The notes: generated by a model not told the origin, from the letters alone. Shown: positions 9,518 to 20,185, counted from the stretch's first letter. The stretch: 64,000 nucleotides of DNA from Myxococcota bacterium (GCA_046351155.1 JAXLYZ010000005.1:43254-107253), one strand, 5' to 3'. Made by a program: numbers and translations.

Positions 9518-12500
9518 ATGGTCACACAAGCCGCGGTGTTCGTGTGGGAATCGGATCATGGCGGGGCACTTGCGGCGGGCTCCAACGGTCGGCGCCGGGC
9601 GAAGATCGGCCTCTGCTTGCTCGCGGCTTCCGAGCTTCATCTCGTTGCCGAGCGGGCAACGCTCGGCAACGGTCCGAGGACGGGGTGGACGCCCCGCCTT
9701 CGATCGCCGGCCGTGCACGGGCGGCACGCTCCGCCCGCGAGGCGCCTCGACGCGGCCGAGCTCGCTCGTGCTTGCCGTCGACCGCCGCCGTGGCCATGCG
9801 GCGCCCGCGTGGCGATCGCCCTCAACCTGCCGACGGACCTCCTGCGCGCGCGCTGGTGGTCGCGCCACGTCGCCAACAAGCCGCTGGCCGACCTGCTCGA
9901 CGACCTCGAGCCGACCGAACCCGAAGCCGCTGGTGCTGCTGCGCGACTTCGGCCACCTTCGACCTGGGCCCAGGCCGACCGCGGCGTCGCGCTCGCGTTC
10001 CTCGAGACCCACGCGCTGGCCGAGTGGGTGAAGCGCTGGCGGCCACGCCCCGAGGTGGTGAAGGACGACCACATCGGCGAGCTGCGGCGCGCGCTCCACG
10101 CCGTGGCCGAGCTCTTCGAGGCGCCGCCCGAGGCGGTGCCCTCGGGGCTCACGCTGCTGGCGCCCATCGACCTCGGCATCCTCGCCCACCGGCTGCGCGC
10201 CCAGCCGGCCGAGCACCCGGCGCTGGCGGCCGACATGCCCTACTGGGTCGGCAACATGACGGTGGCGCGCTGGCTCACCACGCTCGATCGGCGCGAGCAG
10301 CGCATCCGAAAAGGACCTTGTCGATCTCGAGCAGCGGCTGGTGGCCGACGCCGCTCTCGGCGAGGCCGGGCTCGAGGCGCGCCGGGCCGCATGGCAGGCG
10401 GCCCCGACGACCCCGGTCACGGCCCACCTGCTGGCCCTGCACGAGCGCCTGGCGGCGAGCGAGCTGGCGTCGGGGCCGGCGCTCTCGGCCACGCCGCTCG
10501 TGGTGTGGGAAGCCCGAGGAGGAGCGCGCCCACCTCGAGCCGGTCGGCGCGCTGGCGTGCCTCCTCGACACCCGTCGCTCGGCCTGGCTCGGAGGTCGGT
10601 CCGAGGCGTCAGCGCCGTGCGGCCGCCGCGGCGACGCGCCGTGCCGCATGAAGCGCCTGCTCGTCGAGCGCGCGCTCGACGCCGTGACGGGCGACGATCT
10701 GGCCCATCGCGCCATGCGCGAGTACCTCGGCGCCGCCCTGGAAGCGGCTCCTGGCGCGCGCCTCGCCGCCGCCGGCCGCGGCCCCGACCTCGACGACGTC
10801 GAGGGGCATGTCGGCTGGGTGGTGCGCCCGCCCGACAGCCTCGTGCCGTCGCGCATCATGCCCAAGAAGGGCGGCGGCCTGAAGTCGCGCACGCTGCAGG
10901 CCGCCGAGCACGCCCAGCTCGAGCAGCGCGGCCACGCCCACGCCATCGCCATGACGCTCGTCGCGCGCGAGTCGCGCTACCACTTCAGCGAGCACGCCCA
11001 GATGACGCTGCAGGGGCTCGCGGTGCTGGCCGGCCAGGCCGGCGTCTACCTGCGCCGCACGCGCGACCTCGTGCCGGTGACGGTCGTGGCCGACTCGCCG
11101 CGCGTCGAGGTCATCCCCGGCGACGACGGCGCGGGCGCGCGCCTGGTGGTGCGCTGGGGCGACGGCAGCGACGGCACCGACGACACCGTGGTCGGCCGGA
11201 TGTCGCCGCCGCACGCCGGCCACTGGGTCATGCGCGTCGACGAGCAACACCTGAAGGTCTACGTTGGACGCTGGAGCGCCGCGGCCGTGCGCGTGTGGCG
11301 CTCGCTCAGCGGCGACGCGCCGGCCATCCCCGAGGAGGCCGCCCCCGAGCTGGCCGAGACGCTGCTCGGGCTGGCCGGGCACGTGGCGGTGAAGAAGGAC
11401 GCGAGCTGGCTCGGCGACGCGCTGGTTCGCCCGGGGCGTGGTCTTCCGGCTGCGCTTCGAGGGCCCGCGCGGCGAGAAGGCGCTCGTCGTCGAAGGTCGC
11501 GCGCGGCCGGTGGCCGAGCTCGGCGCGCTGGTGCCGTTCGATGGCGACAGCGTCATCCCGGTGCGGCGCGACGGGCGCATCGGCCACGTGGTGCGCGACA
11601 GCGAGGCCGAGGCCGCGGCCATCCACGACGTCGCGCGCACGGCCGGGCTGGAGGTCGGGCTGAGCGCCTTCGACTGGCGCGTCGAGGGCCTCGAGCCGGC
11701 CGCCGAGGTGTTGAGCGCGCTCGAGCATGCGCAGCGCGCACGACCTGCTGCTGGCGCTCGAGTGGGGCGGGTACAGGGCCGCGCATCCACCGCGCCACGG
11801 CGTCGACAAGCTGCGGCTGCGCGTCGGTCTGCGCAAGGACTGGCTCGACATCGCCGGCGGCCATGCTCGACGGCGCCGAGCTGCTGCTGCGCGCGCTGCT
11901 CGCGGCGCTGCGCGACGGCAAGCGCTTCGTGGCGCTCGACGACGAGCGCGTCATCGAGATCAACCAGGCGCTGGCGCGCGAGCTGGCGCCGCTGACCGCG
12001 CTCGGCCGCGCGCCGCGCGCCTCCGAGGCCGGTGGACGGCGAGGGCGTGGGCTACGCGCCAGCGCGCTGGCGGCGCCGCTCGTGGCCGAGCTGCAGGCCG
12101 CCGGCGCCACCGTCGATGGCCCGCCCGAGTGGCTGTCGGCGGCGTCCAAGCTCGACGAGGCCGCGGCCCTCGCGGTCGAGGTCCCGCCCGAGCTGGTGGC
12201 CGACCTGCGCCCCTATCAGAAGGAGGGGCTCAGCTGGCTCGCGCGCCTCGCGCACTGGGCGCGCGGCGCGTGCCTGGCCGACGACATGGGCCTCGGCAAG
12301 ACGCTGCAGGCGCTGGCCTTCCTGCTCCTGCGCGCGCCGGTCGGCCGCGCGCTGGTGGTGGCGCCGACCTCGGTGGTGTCGAACCGGCTCCGCGAGGCCG
12401 AGCGCTTCGCGCCGACGCTCGGCGTGGTGCCGACGCGCGCGGCGCGCACATCGCGCTGGTGGACGGCGACGCGCCGGGTGATCGTGACGAGCTGATCTGC

Positions 12501-13618
12501 TGGTGCGCCACCGCGAGCGCTTCGAGGCCGTGAGCTGGGCGACGCTCGTCCTCGACGAGGCGCACGCCATGAAGAACGCCACCACGCGCCGCGCAGGTGG
12601 CGCGCGCCATCCCGGCCGGCTTCGTGCTAGCGCTCACCGGCACGCCGGTCGAGAACCGGCCGAGCGAGCTCTGGAGCTTGTTCCAGGCGGTCGCGCCCCC
12701 GGACTCCTCGGCTCGGCCGAGAGCTTCCGCGACACCTTCGCCGCGCCCATCCAGAACGGCGACTCCGAGGCGCCGCGCCGCCTCGCGCGCCTGGTCCGGC
12801 CGTTCATCCTGCGCCGGAAGAAGGTCGAGGTGGCGGCCGATCTGCCGGCCAAGAGCGAGGTGCGCGTCGATGTCGTGCTCGGCGGCGACGAGCGCGCCCG
12901 CTACGAGAAGGTGCGGAAGGCGGTGCTGGCCGAGCTCGCCAAGGACGACGCCCACCCGCTCGACGGCGGCCGCGGCGTCATCAAGGTCCTGAGCGTGCTC
13001 ACGCGGCTGCGCCAGCTGGCCTGCCATCCGCGCCTCGTCGACCCGCACGCGCCGGCGACCTCGGCCAAGCTCGAGCGCCTGATGGAGCTCGTGCAGGAGC
13101 TCCGCGACGAGGGTCGCCGGACGCTGGTCTTCAGCCAGTTCACCGAGCTCCTCGGCCTGGTCCGGACCGCCTTCGACGAGGCCGGCGTGAGCTACGCCTA
13201 CCTCGACGGATCGACGCCGGCCGAGCGCCGCGAGGTGGAGATCGACACCTTCCAGAGCGGCGCGGTCGACGCCTTCCTGCTGTCGCTGAAGGCGGGCGGC
13301 GTCGGCCTGAACCTCACCGCCGCCAGCGAGGTCATCCACCTCGACCCGTGGTGGAACCCGGCCGCCGAGGACCAGGCCACCGATCGCGCCCACCGCATCG
13401 GCCAGGACAAGCCGGTGACGCTCTACCGGCTGGTGGCGCAGGGCACCATCGAGGAGCAGATCCTCGGCCTGCACGGCGACAAGCGCCGCATGGTGGCGAG
13501 CCTCCTCGAGGGCACCGGCTCGGCCGCCGCGCTCACCGTCGACGAGCTCATGGCGCTCCTCACCGAAGCGCCCGACGACGACGCGCTCAGAGCCCCGACG
13601 GCCCGATCCGCGCCTTGA
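9518..13618 (+). pseudogene. SNF2-family helicase (DEXDc + HELICc, long N-terminal region) disrupted by at least 8 frameshifts
   Basis: Protein-like segments hop between all three plus frames. The hops run: 9518-10320 in frame 2; 10341-10500 in frame 3; 10500-11430 in frame 1; 11438-11720 in frame 2; 11727-11860 in frame 3; 11870-12495 in frame 1, carrying motifs LRPYQKEGLSWL and DDMGLGKTLQ; 12503-12600 in frame 2, carrying the DEAH box LVLDEAHAMKN; 12597-12705 in frame 3, carrying LALTGTPVENRPSELWSLFQ; and 12705-13618 in frame 2, carrying the helicase C motifs FSQFTELL and QATDRAHRIGQ. Confidence 0.7.
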
Positions 13619-14687
13619 CGCCGGCGCCCCACCAGTAGACGCCGGGCTTGTGGCCGATGAGGTCGACGGCGCCGGTGTCGGTGTCGATGCTGAGGACGTC
13701 GCCGTCCTCGTCGAAGGCGAAGGCCATCTCGTACCAGCCGGCCAGGCCGTAGATGGCGGTGTAGTGCCCGATGGGTCCGATGACCGACGCGATGGCGCCG
13801 GTGGTGGGATCGATGACGGCCAGCTCGTCGACGGTGCCCTCGCCGTGATCGGCCACGGCGTAGGTGCCGAGCTCGACCACCGAGAAGGCGTCGCCGCTCG
13901 AGCCGCGGCCCTCGCCGAGCGAGCCGAGCAGCGTCGAGACGGCCACGCCGTCGGCGATGTCGAGGCGGAACCAGGCGCCGCCGACGGTGAGCCCGACCAG
14001 CACGTCGTCGTCGGGGTCGAGCGTGCCGCGCGGCAGGAAGGTGAGCCCGTTCCAGGCGCCGTCGAGGTTGGCGAGCCAGGTGCACTCGCAGGTGCGCGGG
14101 TGGATGACGTAGAGGCGATCGAAGGTGATGCCGTAGAGCACGCCCCAGCGGTCGACGGCGATGTCGGTCATGCCGTGGGTGCCGCCGTCGTCGGGGAACT
14201 CGAAGGCGCACTGGAGCTCGATCGGGTGGGTCTTCACGCCGAGCCGGTAGAGCTCGGCCCAGGTGTTGGCGTAGACGGTGCTCTCGGCCACCGTGCCCGG
14301 GCGCTCGGGGTCGTCGGGCCAGAGGTCGTCGTGGTCGGGCACGCCGTCCAGATCGGTGTCGTGGCAGCGCGGGTCGCTCGGGTCGACGCCGTCGTCGCAC
14401 ACGACCGGCACGACGACGACCTCGGGCTCGGCGTCCTGCGCGCCGGCGGTGTCGGGGTGGTAGATGTCGTGCGGCGCGCTGTCGGTGAGCGCGCTGTCGG
14501 CGAGCGCGCTGTCGGTGGCCGCGGTGGCGTCGGCGACGGCCTCCATGTCGGCGTCGGTCGCGGCGTCGGCGTCGGCGGCCAGCGCATCGGCGTCGTCGCC
14601 GCCCTGCGGCTGCCCGGCCTCGGACCCGCTGCAGGCGGCGCCGAGCGCGGTCCCCATCCACACGATGCTCGTCATCCGCAGGCGCAT
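13587..14687 (-). CDS. Lipoprotein, hypothetical
   Basis: Start MRLRMTSIVWMGTALGAACSG (signal peptide plus Cys). There is an acidic low-complexity region and then a beta-rich globular part. The alternative overlapping ORF 13423-14661 is Arg-rich antisense noise. Confidence 0.55.
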   Translation of the reverse strand: MRLRMTSIVWMGTALGAACSGSEAGQPQGGDDADALAADADAATDADMEAVADATAATDSALADSALTDSAPHDIYHPDTAGAQDAEPEVVVVPVVCDDGVDPSDPRCHDTDLDGVPDHDDLWPDDPERPGTVAESTVYANTWAELYRLGVKTHPIELQCAFEFPDDGGTHGMTDIAVDRWGVLYGITFDRLYVIHPRTCECTWLANLDGAWNGLTFLPRGTLDPDDDVLVGLTVGGAWFRLDIADGVAVSTLLGSLGEGRGSSGDAFSVVELGTYAVADHGEGTVDELAVIDPTTGAIASVIGPIGHYTAIYGLAGWYEMAFAFDEDGDVLSIDTDTGAVDLIGHKPGVYWWGAGVKARIGPSGL

Positions 14688-14795
14688 GGCGGCCTCCTCG
14701 CAGTGGCTGGCGCGCATCCTACGACGAGCGCCGGCTCGTTGCGAGATCGGGTGAGGCTCGCGTCCGACCTCGCGGCTGGCATCGCGCGCGCGGCG

Positions 14796-15305
14796 TCACG
14801 GACCGCAGTAGGAGCCCCACGGCCAGCCGGCGGCCGTCCCGAGCTCGACCAGGTCGAGGACCCAGGCGCTCTGGTCCGGGCAGACCAGGTCGACGCACGG
14901 CGCGTCGGCCTGCTCCCAGCCGTAGACGGCGGCGCTCACCGAGTCGGTGATGACGTAGGCCGTCTCGCTGGTGGGCTGGAGCCGGAAGCACTCGTGCCCG
15001 TCGGAGGCCGAGAAGATGACGCGCAGGGCCTGGGCGTCGGCGTGGACCTTGGCGCCGTTGGCGAAGGTCGAGGTCTGCGTCGCCTGGTCGTAGTCGCAGA
15101 GGCCGGCCGGGTCGAAGCAGGCGATCGTGGCGGTGACGCAGCTCGCGGCGGCGCTGATGGTGGCGGCCGGGCAGGCGGCGTCGGACGGGATGACCTCGAT
15201 GTCGCCATGGCCGTCGGCGTCGACGTCCTGGGTCCGGACGTCGTCGCCGCCGCAGGCGGCAGTGAGCACGAGCGAGAGTGACAAGGCGTGCGCGATTCGG
15301 CGCAT
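14796..15305 (-). CDS. Lipoprotein, hypothetical
   Basis: MRRIAHALSLSLVLTAACGGDD (lipobox LTAAC). 169 aa with several Cys. Confidence 0.55.
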   Translation of the reverse strand: MRRIAHALSLSLVLTAACGGDDVRTQDVDADGHGDIEVIPSDAACPAATISAAASCVTATIACFDPAGLCDYDQATQTSTFANGAKVHADAQALRVIFSASDGHECFRLQPTSETAYVITDSVSAAVYGWEQADAPCVDLVCPDQSAWVLDLVELGTAAGWPWGSYCGP

Positions 15306-15504
15306 ATCGCACCTCCACGATCGCGTTTGTCATATTCAATATCCGCACCACATCCGGCCGCCGCCACGACGCGACGAAGATGCCCGTGCGGAGCGCGCCC
15401 GGCCTCGGCCTTGCAAGACGTGACAGGGCCGCCCGGGCCGCGCGGCGAGCGCGCCTCCGGGGCCGGCCACGATCGGGTCCGCTCGGGCCAGGAGGTCACC
15501 GCCA

Positions 15505-16554
15505 TGGTCGCCGCGCGCAGGGCCGGAAGGCTCGGCCAATGTGCCAAAACCATCTGCCACAGTCTCGCCGCGCTGGCGCGGGTCGATGCCGTGGTCGCCG
15601 TCGTCGGCCTCGGCGGCGTCGTTGGCGTCGTCGGCCTCGCGGCGTGTCCGGGCGGCGAGCCGGCGGTGCACGACACGCTGCCGGGCGACGGCGGCGACGC
15701 CTGGCAGACGCTGGCCTCGGGCGCCTGGAGCGCGGCCGAGGCGCCCCTCGGCACGAGCCTCGCGCCGGCCGTCGCAGGCGTCGGTCGACCGGGCGATCTG
15801 CTCGCGCCCGAGAGCCTCGCCGTCACGGCTGGCGGCGTGCTGGTGCTCGACCCGGCGCGCGCGCGCATCGTGCGCATCGCCGCCGACGGCAAGGGCGACA
15901 TCGCGCGCTCCGATCCGCGCCTGGCCGACGCGACCGATCTCGCGGCGGCGACCGACGGCGCGCTCTGGGTCGCGCGCGGCGGCGGCGTCGCGCGCATCGC
16001 CGCCGACGGCGGCTGGCTCGACGTGGCGCTGGCGCCCGAGCTGGTCGGCTCCATGCTGGTCGCGACGGCCGACGGCCTGGTCGTGGGCGACCCGGGCGCG
16101 GCGCGGCGGAGCCCGGTCGTCGCTGGCGGCCAGGCGCTCGACCTCGACGCGCAGCGCGCGACCGCGCCGGCCGACGCCGCCCTCGGCTGGAGCGTCGAGC
16201 TCGCCCTCGACGGCCTCGCGCGCGCCACCCTGCGCGCGCCCGACGGCGCGGGCGCACGCCATCGACCTGCCCGGCGCGCCGCTCGCGGTCGAGCTCTTCG
16301 CCGCGCGCACGGCCTGCGGCTCGAGCGAGCTGGCGCTGGTCGTGAAGGTGCTGCGCGCCGACGGCGCGGCGCACGCGGTGCTGCGCGTCGGGCTCGACGG
16401 CCAGGTGCGGGCGACGCGCGTCGCGCCCGCGCCGGCGGCCTTCCATGTCCCGTTCCGCGCCTTCGCCCTCGGGCCCGACGGCGCGCTGGTCGAGCTCCGC
16501 CTCGAGCCCGACGGCTGGACGCTCGCCACCTGGGAGGTGGGCTGTGAGAGCTGA
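15505..16554 (+). CDS. Hypothetical lipoprotein/secreted protein with an apparent single frameshift near 16240-16265
   Basis: The N-terminal part (MVAARRAGRLGQCAK...VGLAACPGGEP, then DGKGDIARSDP, DGALWVARGGG) is in frame 3 up to about 16250. The C-terminal part (HAIDLPGAPLAVELFAARTACGSSELALVVKVL...WEVGCES) is in frame 1. The junction gcgggcgcacgcc is consistent with a 1-nt indel. Confidence 0.45.
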   Translation, partial: WSPRAGPEGSANVPKPSATVSPRWRGSMPWSPSSASAASLASSASRRVRAASRRCTTRCRATAATPGRRWPRAPGARPRRPSARASRRPSQASVDRAICSRPRASPSRLAACWCSTRRARASCASPPTARATSRAPIRAWPTRPISRRRPTARSGSRAAAASRASPPTAAGSTWRWRPSWSAPCWSRRPTAWSWATRARRGGARSSLAARRSTSTRSARPRRPTPPSAGASSSPSTASRAPPCARPTARAHAIDLPGAPLAVELFAARTACGSSELALVVKVLRADGAAHAVLRVGLDGQVRATRVAPAPAAFHVPFRAFALGPDGALVELRLEPDGWTLATWEVGCES

Positions 16555-16557
16555 CGT

Positions 16558-18724
16558 CATGCTGCTCGCGCTGGCGCTCGCGCTGGGGGACGGGCGCGCG
16601 CGCGCCGACCTCGGCTTCGACGCGATCTTCTATCGCGCCCGCGCCGGCTTCCACTTCTGCTACAGCTTCGCCGGCTCGGCCGGCTGGAGCCTGCGCCCCA
16701 TCGCCGCGCGCATCACCCACGACGGCGGCGCCAGCTGCGCCTCGGGCGCGACCGCGCTCGACCAGAAGGCCGCGCTCGCCGACTGCGACAACGGCGAGTG
16801 CCACGCCGACTGCGCCTCGTTCGTGCGGCGCGCCTGGGCCGCCGGCACGAACCTCCTGCTGCGCCCGGTCGAGACGCCGACGGGCGGCAACTGCGCCAAC
16901 CCGACGAGCTTCGGCGCCGACCACTTCCTGCCGGCCGATCTCGACGCCGACACCATGGCCACGCGCCTCGCCGACGCGCGCCCGGGAGACTGGTGCTCGA
17001 ACGCCGACCACGTGCTCATGCTGTTCGCGCGCCACTCGGGCGCGCGCTGGGTGACCTGGGAGGCCAACAGCTCGGCGGTCGGCATCGGCCCGCGCTCGGT
17101 CACGCTCGGACCCGACTGGTTCGGCTCCATGCCGAGGAACGACTGCGGCTTCCCCAGCGTCGCCGAGGCGCTGGCCCAGAGCGGCTGCTGGCACCCGCCG
17201 GCGGTGCGCACCGGCGCGCCGAAGCCGCTGCTCCCGGCCGAGGCGGCCGAGGTGGTGGGCGACGAGCTCGACCACCTGGCGCTGCGCGTGCAGCGACCCG
17301 ACAACCTGCCGGCGCTGGCCGACTACCTCCTGTGGCTGCGCTGGAACGATGGCAGCGCGTGGCAGCACCGGCTCGTGCGCATCCCCGCCTTCACCTATCG
17401 CGACCAGGCCGAGCGCCGCCTGGCGACGTTCCCGGGCCAGACCACGGCCGGCGCGCAGCCGCTCGACGTGAGCGACGTGACCACGCTCGAGGTGGCCTAC
17501 GCCGCGCTCCGGACCGCGCCGGCGGCCATCCCGAGCTCGTTCAAGGATCCCGACAGCGGCCTCGTCAGCGACGGCTGGACGCCGACGTCGAACCTCGTGC
17601 CGCGACCGCCCGAGCGCTTCGAGCTGAGCGGCCTCGACCTCGCCGAGGATCTGGTCGGCCCGCGCACCGTGACCTGGCGCGTGCGCGTCGATCGCTACGC
17701 CGAGGCGAGCGGCGACGGGCGCGGGCGGGTCAGCGTCATCCCGCCGTGCAAGGCCGACGCGAGCGGCCGCGAGACGGTCGAGTACTGCAAGGAGCCGGTC
17801 TGGTCCGAGGCCCGCACCTTCGTCGTCCGACCGTGCACGGTGCCCGGCTGCCCGCACTTCCGCGTCGCCCTGGGCGAGCTCACCAGCCCGTGGGGCAGCC
17901 GCGACGGCGCGCCGCCGAACGTCGTCCTGCGCGGCGCCGGCGCCTTCGACGTGACCATCGCCATCGAGCCCGCGCTGGCGCCGACCATCCCGATCGAGGT
18001 CGACCTCACCCTTCGCGGCTGCGAGTCCGGCGGCGCCGTGGTGCTGAGCGTCGGAGGCGCGACCATCCCCACCGATCCGGCCGGCGCCACGGCCTGGTAC
18101 ACCATGGCCGGCACCCGCCTCCGCTACGCCTTCCAGCCGTTCGCGCCGCCGCACGGCGCCTGGCCCGTCCTCTACGACGACTGCATGCTGTCGGCCTCGC
18201 CCAAGGCCCTCATCAACGGCGCGCGCGTGCCCATCCCGGCGGTGTCGGACGCGACCACCTGGGTCGAGATCGACGCGCGCCCGCTCTACGAGATCCCGGT
18301 CCAGTTCATCCAGGCGACGCAGGGCGCCAATGCCGTGAGTGGCGCATATTGCAAATTCGACGATTTAGCCAATATCGACGACTATCACACCTGGCCGCAG
18401 TACCGGTTCGACGACCAGACCTGGATCCAGCGCGGCGGCGGCGACCGCGGCTGGGGCTGGTCCGCCTTCCTCGCGCGCGCCGACGTGCTGGCCTGGTTCG
18501 GCGGCTGGGACCCGTTCGATCTCGACGCCGATCAGGCGGTGTGGGCCTGGGGCTCCGACTTCTACACCGAGTACCTGTGCGCGCTGCCGGTCTGGAACGC
18601 GGCCCACCCCTACGACCCCGGCAACGCCGGCGCGGCGGCGCTCTACGCGGCCTCGTACCAGGACGCCATCGCCGCCTACACCGGGCTCGTATGCGTCTTC
18701 GAGCCGTACGCGCCGGGCCAGTGA
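16558..18724 (+). CDS. Large secreted hypothetical protein (about 720 aa)
   Basis: Signal peptide MLLALALALGDGRARA with the start adjacent to the upstream stop (TGAcgtcATG). It is long, Cys-containing and protein-like, with no recognised catalytic motif. Confidence 0.55.
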
Positions 18725-18747
18725 TCGCCGGCGCGCGCGGCGTCGCG

Positions 18748-19137
18748 TCAGTCGGCCTTGGTCGGGCTCGGGGTCGGCGCGGCGGCGGCGGCCATGGTCG
18801 GCTTGGGCATGCCCGGACCGCGACCGCGCGCGGGCGTCGCGCCGCTCGAGACGACCAGGCCGATGACGATGGCGACGGCGCCGAGCCCGATGGCGATCTG
18901 GGCCGGGCGGCGCGTGAGCATCTTCATCAGCGCCTTGCCGTTCTTGATGACGTGGAGGACCGCGGTGGCGACGAAGGCGATGCCGGTGGCGACGTGCAGA
19001 CCGTTGAGCCCGCGGCCGCCGATGCCGAGCGCCATGGCCAGGCCGGTGAGGCCGACGCCGACGAAGGAGATGGCGGTGAGGGCGGTGGCGAAGCGCGCCA
19101 CGAGGGACTTCGGGGTCAGGTTCGACGAGGGCGACAT
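18748..19137 (-). CDS. Small integral membrane protein, hypothetical
   Basis: Three hydrophobic helices (LVARFATALTAISFVGVGLTGLAMALGI; ATGIAFVATAVLHVI; IAIGLGAVAIVIGLVV). Confidence 0.45.
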   Translation of the reverse strand: MSPSSNLTPKSLVARFATALTAISFVGVGLTGLAMALGIGGRGLNGLHVATGIAFVATAVLHVIKNGKALMKMLTRRPAQIAIGLGAVAIVIGLVVSSGATPARGRGPGMPKPTMAAAAAPTPSPTKAD

Positions 19138-19246
19138 CTGCGGGCTCCGGGAGTGGGTCACGCGATCGTCGACCGCGCCGGGCGGCTTCTATTCGGCGGC
19201 AGACAAAGGCGTGACAATTCGAAGGTGTCGTCATTACTGAGGGTTT

Positions 19247-19262
19247 CCTCAGCGACCTCTCA
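19247..19262. promoter_or_regulatory. Candidate operator: inverted repeat CTGAGG-N4-CCTCAG in a divergent intergenic region
   Basis: A perfect 6-4-6 palindrome between the membrane-protein gene (minus) and the CXXCH lipoprotein gene (plus). A second repeat, GGCAAC-N9-GTTGCC, lies at 19293-19313. Confidence 0.3.
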
Positions 19263-19331
19263 TGAGTGCGATGCGTGCGAGCGGCAACCAAGGGTCAGTT
19301 GCCACGGCAAGAACCCACCCGAGGAGAACCG

Positions 19332-19676
19332 ATGACCCGACTGAACAGCGCCTTCCTGACCCTCGCCGCCCTCGCCGTCGCCGCGCTCGGCGCCTGCGAC
19401 ACGAGCGGCGCCGGCTCGCCCACGGGCTGGGTCTGCCCCACCGACTCGGGGCTCACCTGGGACAACTTCGGCCAGGACTTCATGACCAGCTACTGCACCC
19501 GCTGCCACGGCAGCTTCGGCAGCCAGGGCGGCGTGCAGCGCTCGCGCGGCAGCATCGATCTCTACGCCGCCGACGGACCCAACGCCTCGAACCACGGCAT
19601 GCCCACCAGCAGCCCGACGCCGACCACCGAGGAGCGCCAGCTGCTCGGCGAGTGGCTGTCGTGCGGCGCGCCCTGA
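19332..19676 (+). CDS. Small lipoprotein with a single CXXCH heme-binding motif (putative monoheme c-type cytochrome)
   Basis: RBS GAGGAGAA is followed by ATG 19332. Signal and lipobox LTLAALAVAALGAC. Motif YCTRCHG. Confidence 0.5.
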   Translation: MTRLNSAFLTLAALAVAALGACDTSGAGSPTGWVCPTDSGLTWDNFGQDFMTSYCTRCHGSFGSQGGVQRSRGSIDLYAADGPNASNHGMPTSSPTPTTEERQLLGEWLSCGAP

Positions 19677-19700
19677 CGGCGCTGCGCCGCGGCGGCGCGC

Positions 19701-20185
19701 TCAGGCCTCGGCGCGAACGACAAGCGGCTTTCGCATCTTGAAGCCGGTCGTGCGGTAGCCGAGGCGCTCGTTGAGCGCGAAGGCGCGCGGGTTGTGCGCG
19801 TAGACGTGGAGGTCGACGCGCGTCGCGCCGAGCCCGACGAGGAGCGCCTCCATGGCCACGAGCGCCGCGCGGCCGTAGCCGCGACCGCGCTGCGAGGCGG
19901 CGATGGTGACCTCCTCGAGGAAGGCGCCGGCGCCGCTCACCGAGAACCACAGCTGCCGACCGGCTCGTCGCCGGCCATGACGACGTGGAAGTGCTGGCCC
20001 GGCGTGGCCAGGCCGCGGCCGAGCTCGGCGGCGACGCGCGAGGTGGCCTCGGCCAGCGCGGCCTCGGGGGTGAGGTCGTCGAGGCGGGCGAGATCGGCCG
20101 CCCAGTCGGCGGCGAAGATCTGCCGGAAGGCGGCGAGCTCGGGCTCGGTCATGGGGCGGAGCGTCACGGCGGAAGCGGTCGGCAT
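19701..20185 (-). CDS. GNAT-family N-acetyltransferase, interrupted by a 1-nt frameshift at about 19954
   Basis: Two abutting ORFs (19937-20185 and 19701-19940) together give a GNAT. The first reads ...HFHVVMAGDEPVG. The second reads SGAGAFLEEVTIAASQRGRGYGRAAL with the acetyl-CoA motif Q/RxxGxG/A. Adding a single C or G within cacagctgcc (about 19954) yields the continuous sequence ...DEPVGSLWFSVSGAGAFLEEV... Confidence 0.65.

Noticed and set aside
9506-9525. Possible sigma-54 promoter (TGGCAC-N5-TCATG)
   Set aside because: The -12 element does not match the TTGCW consensus. It is probably a chance GC-rich match next to the palindrome.
14936-18154. 1072-aa minus-strand ORF
   Set aside because: Antisense to the 15505-16554 and 16558-18724 genes. 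The translation is Arg/Pro/Ala/Ser noise with no motifs.
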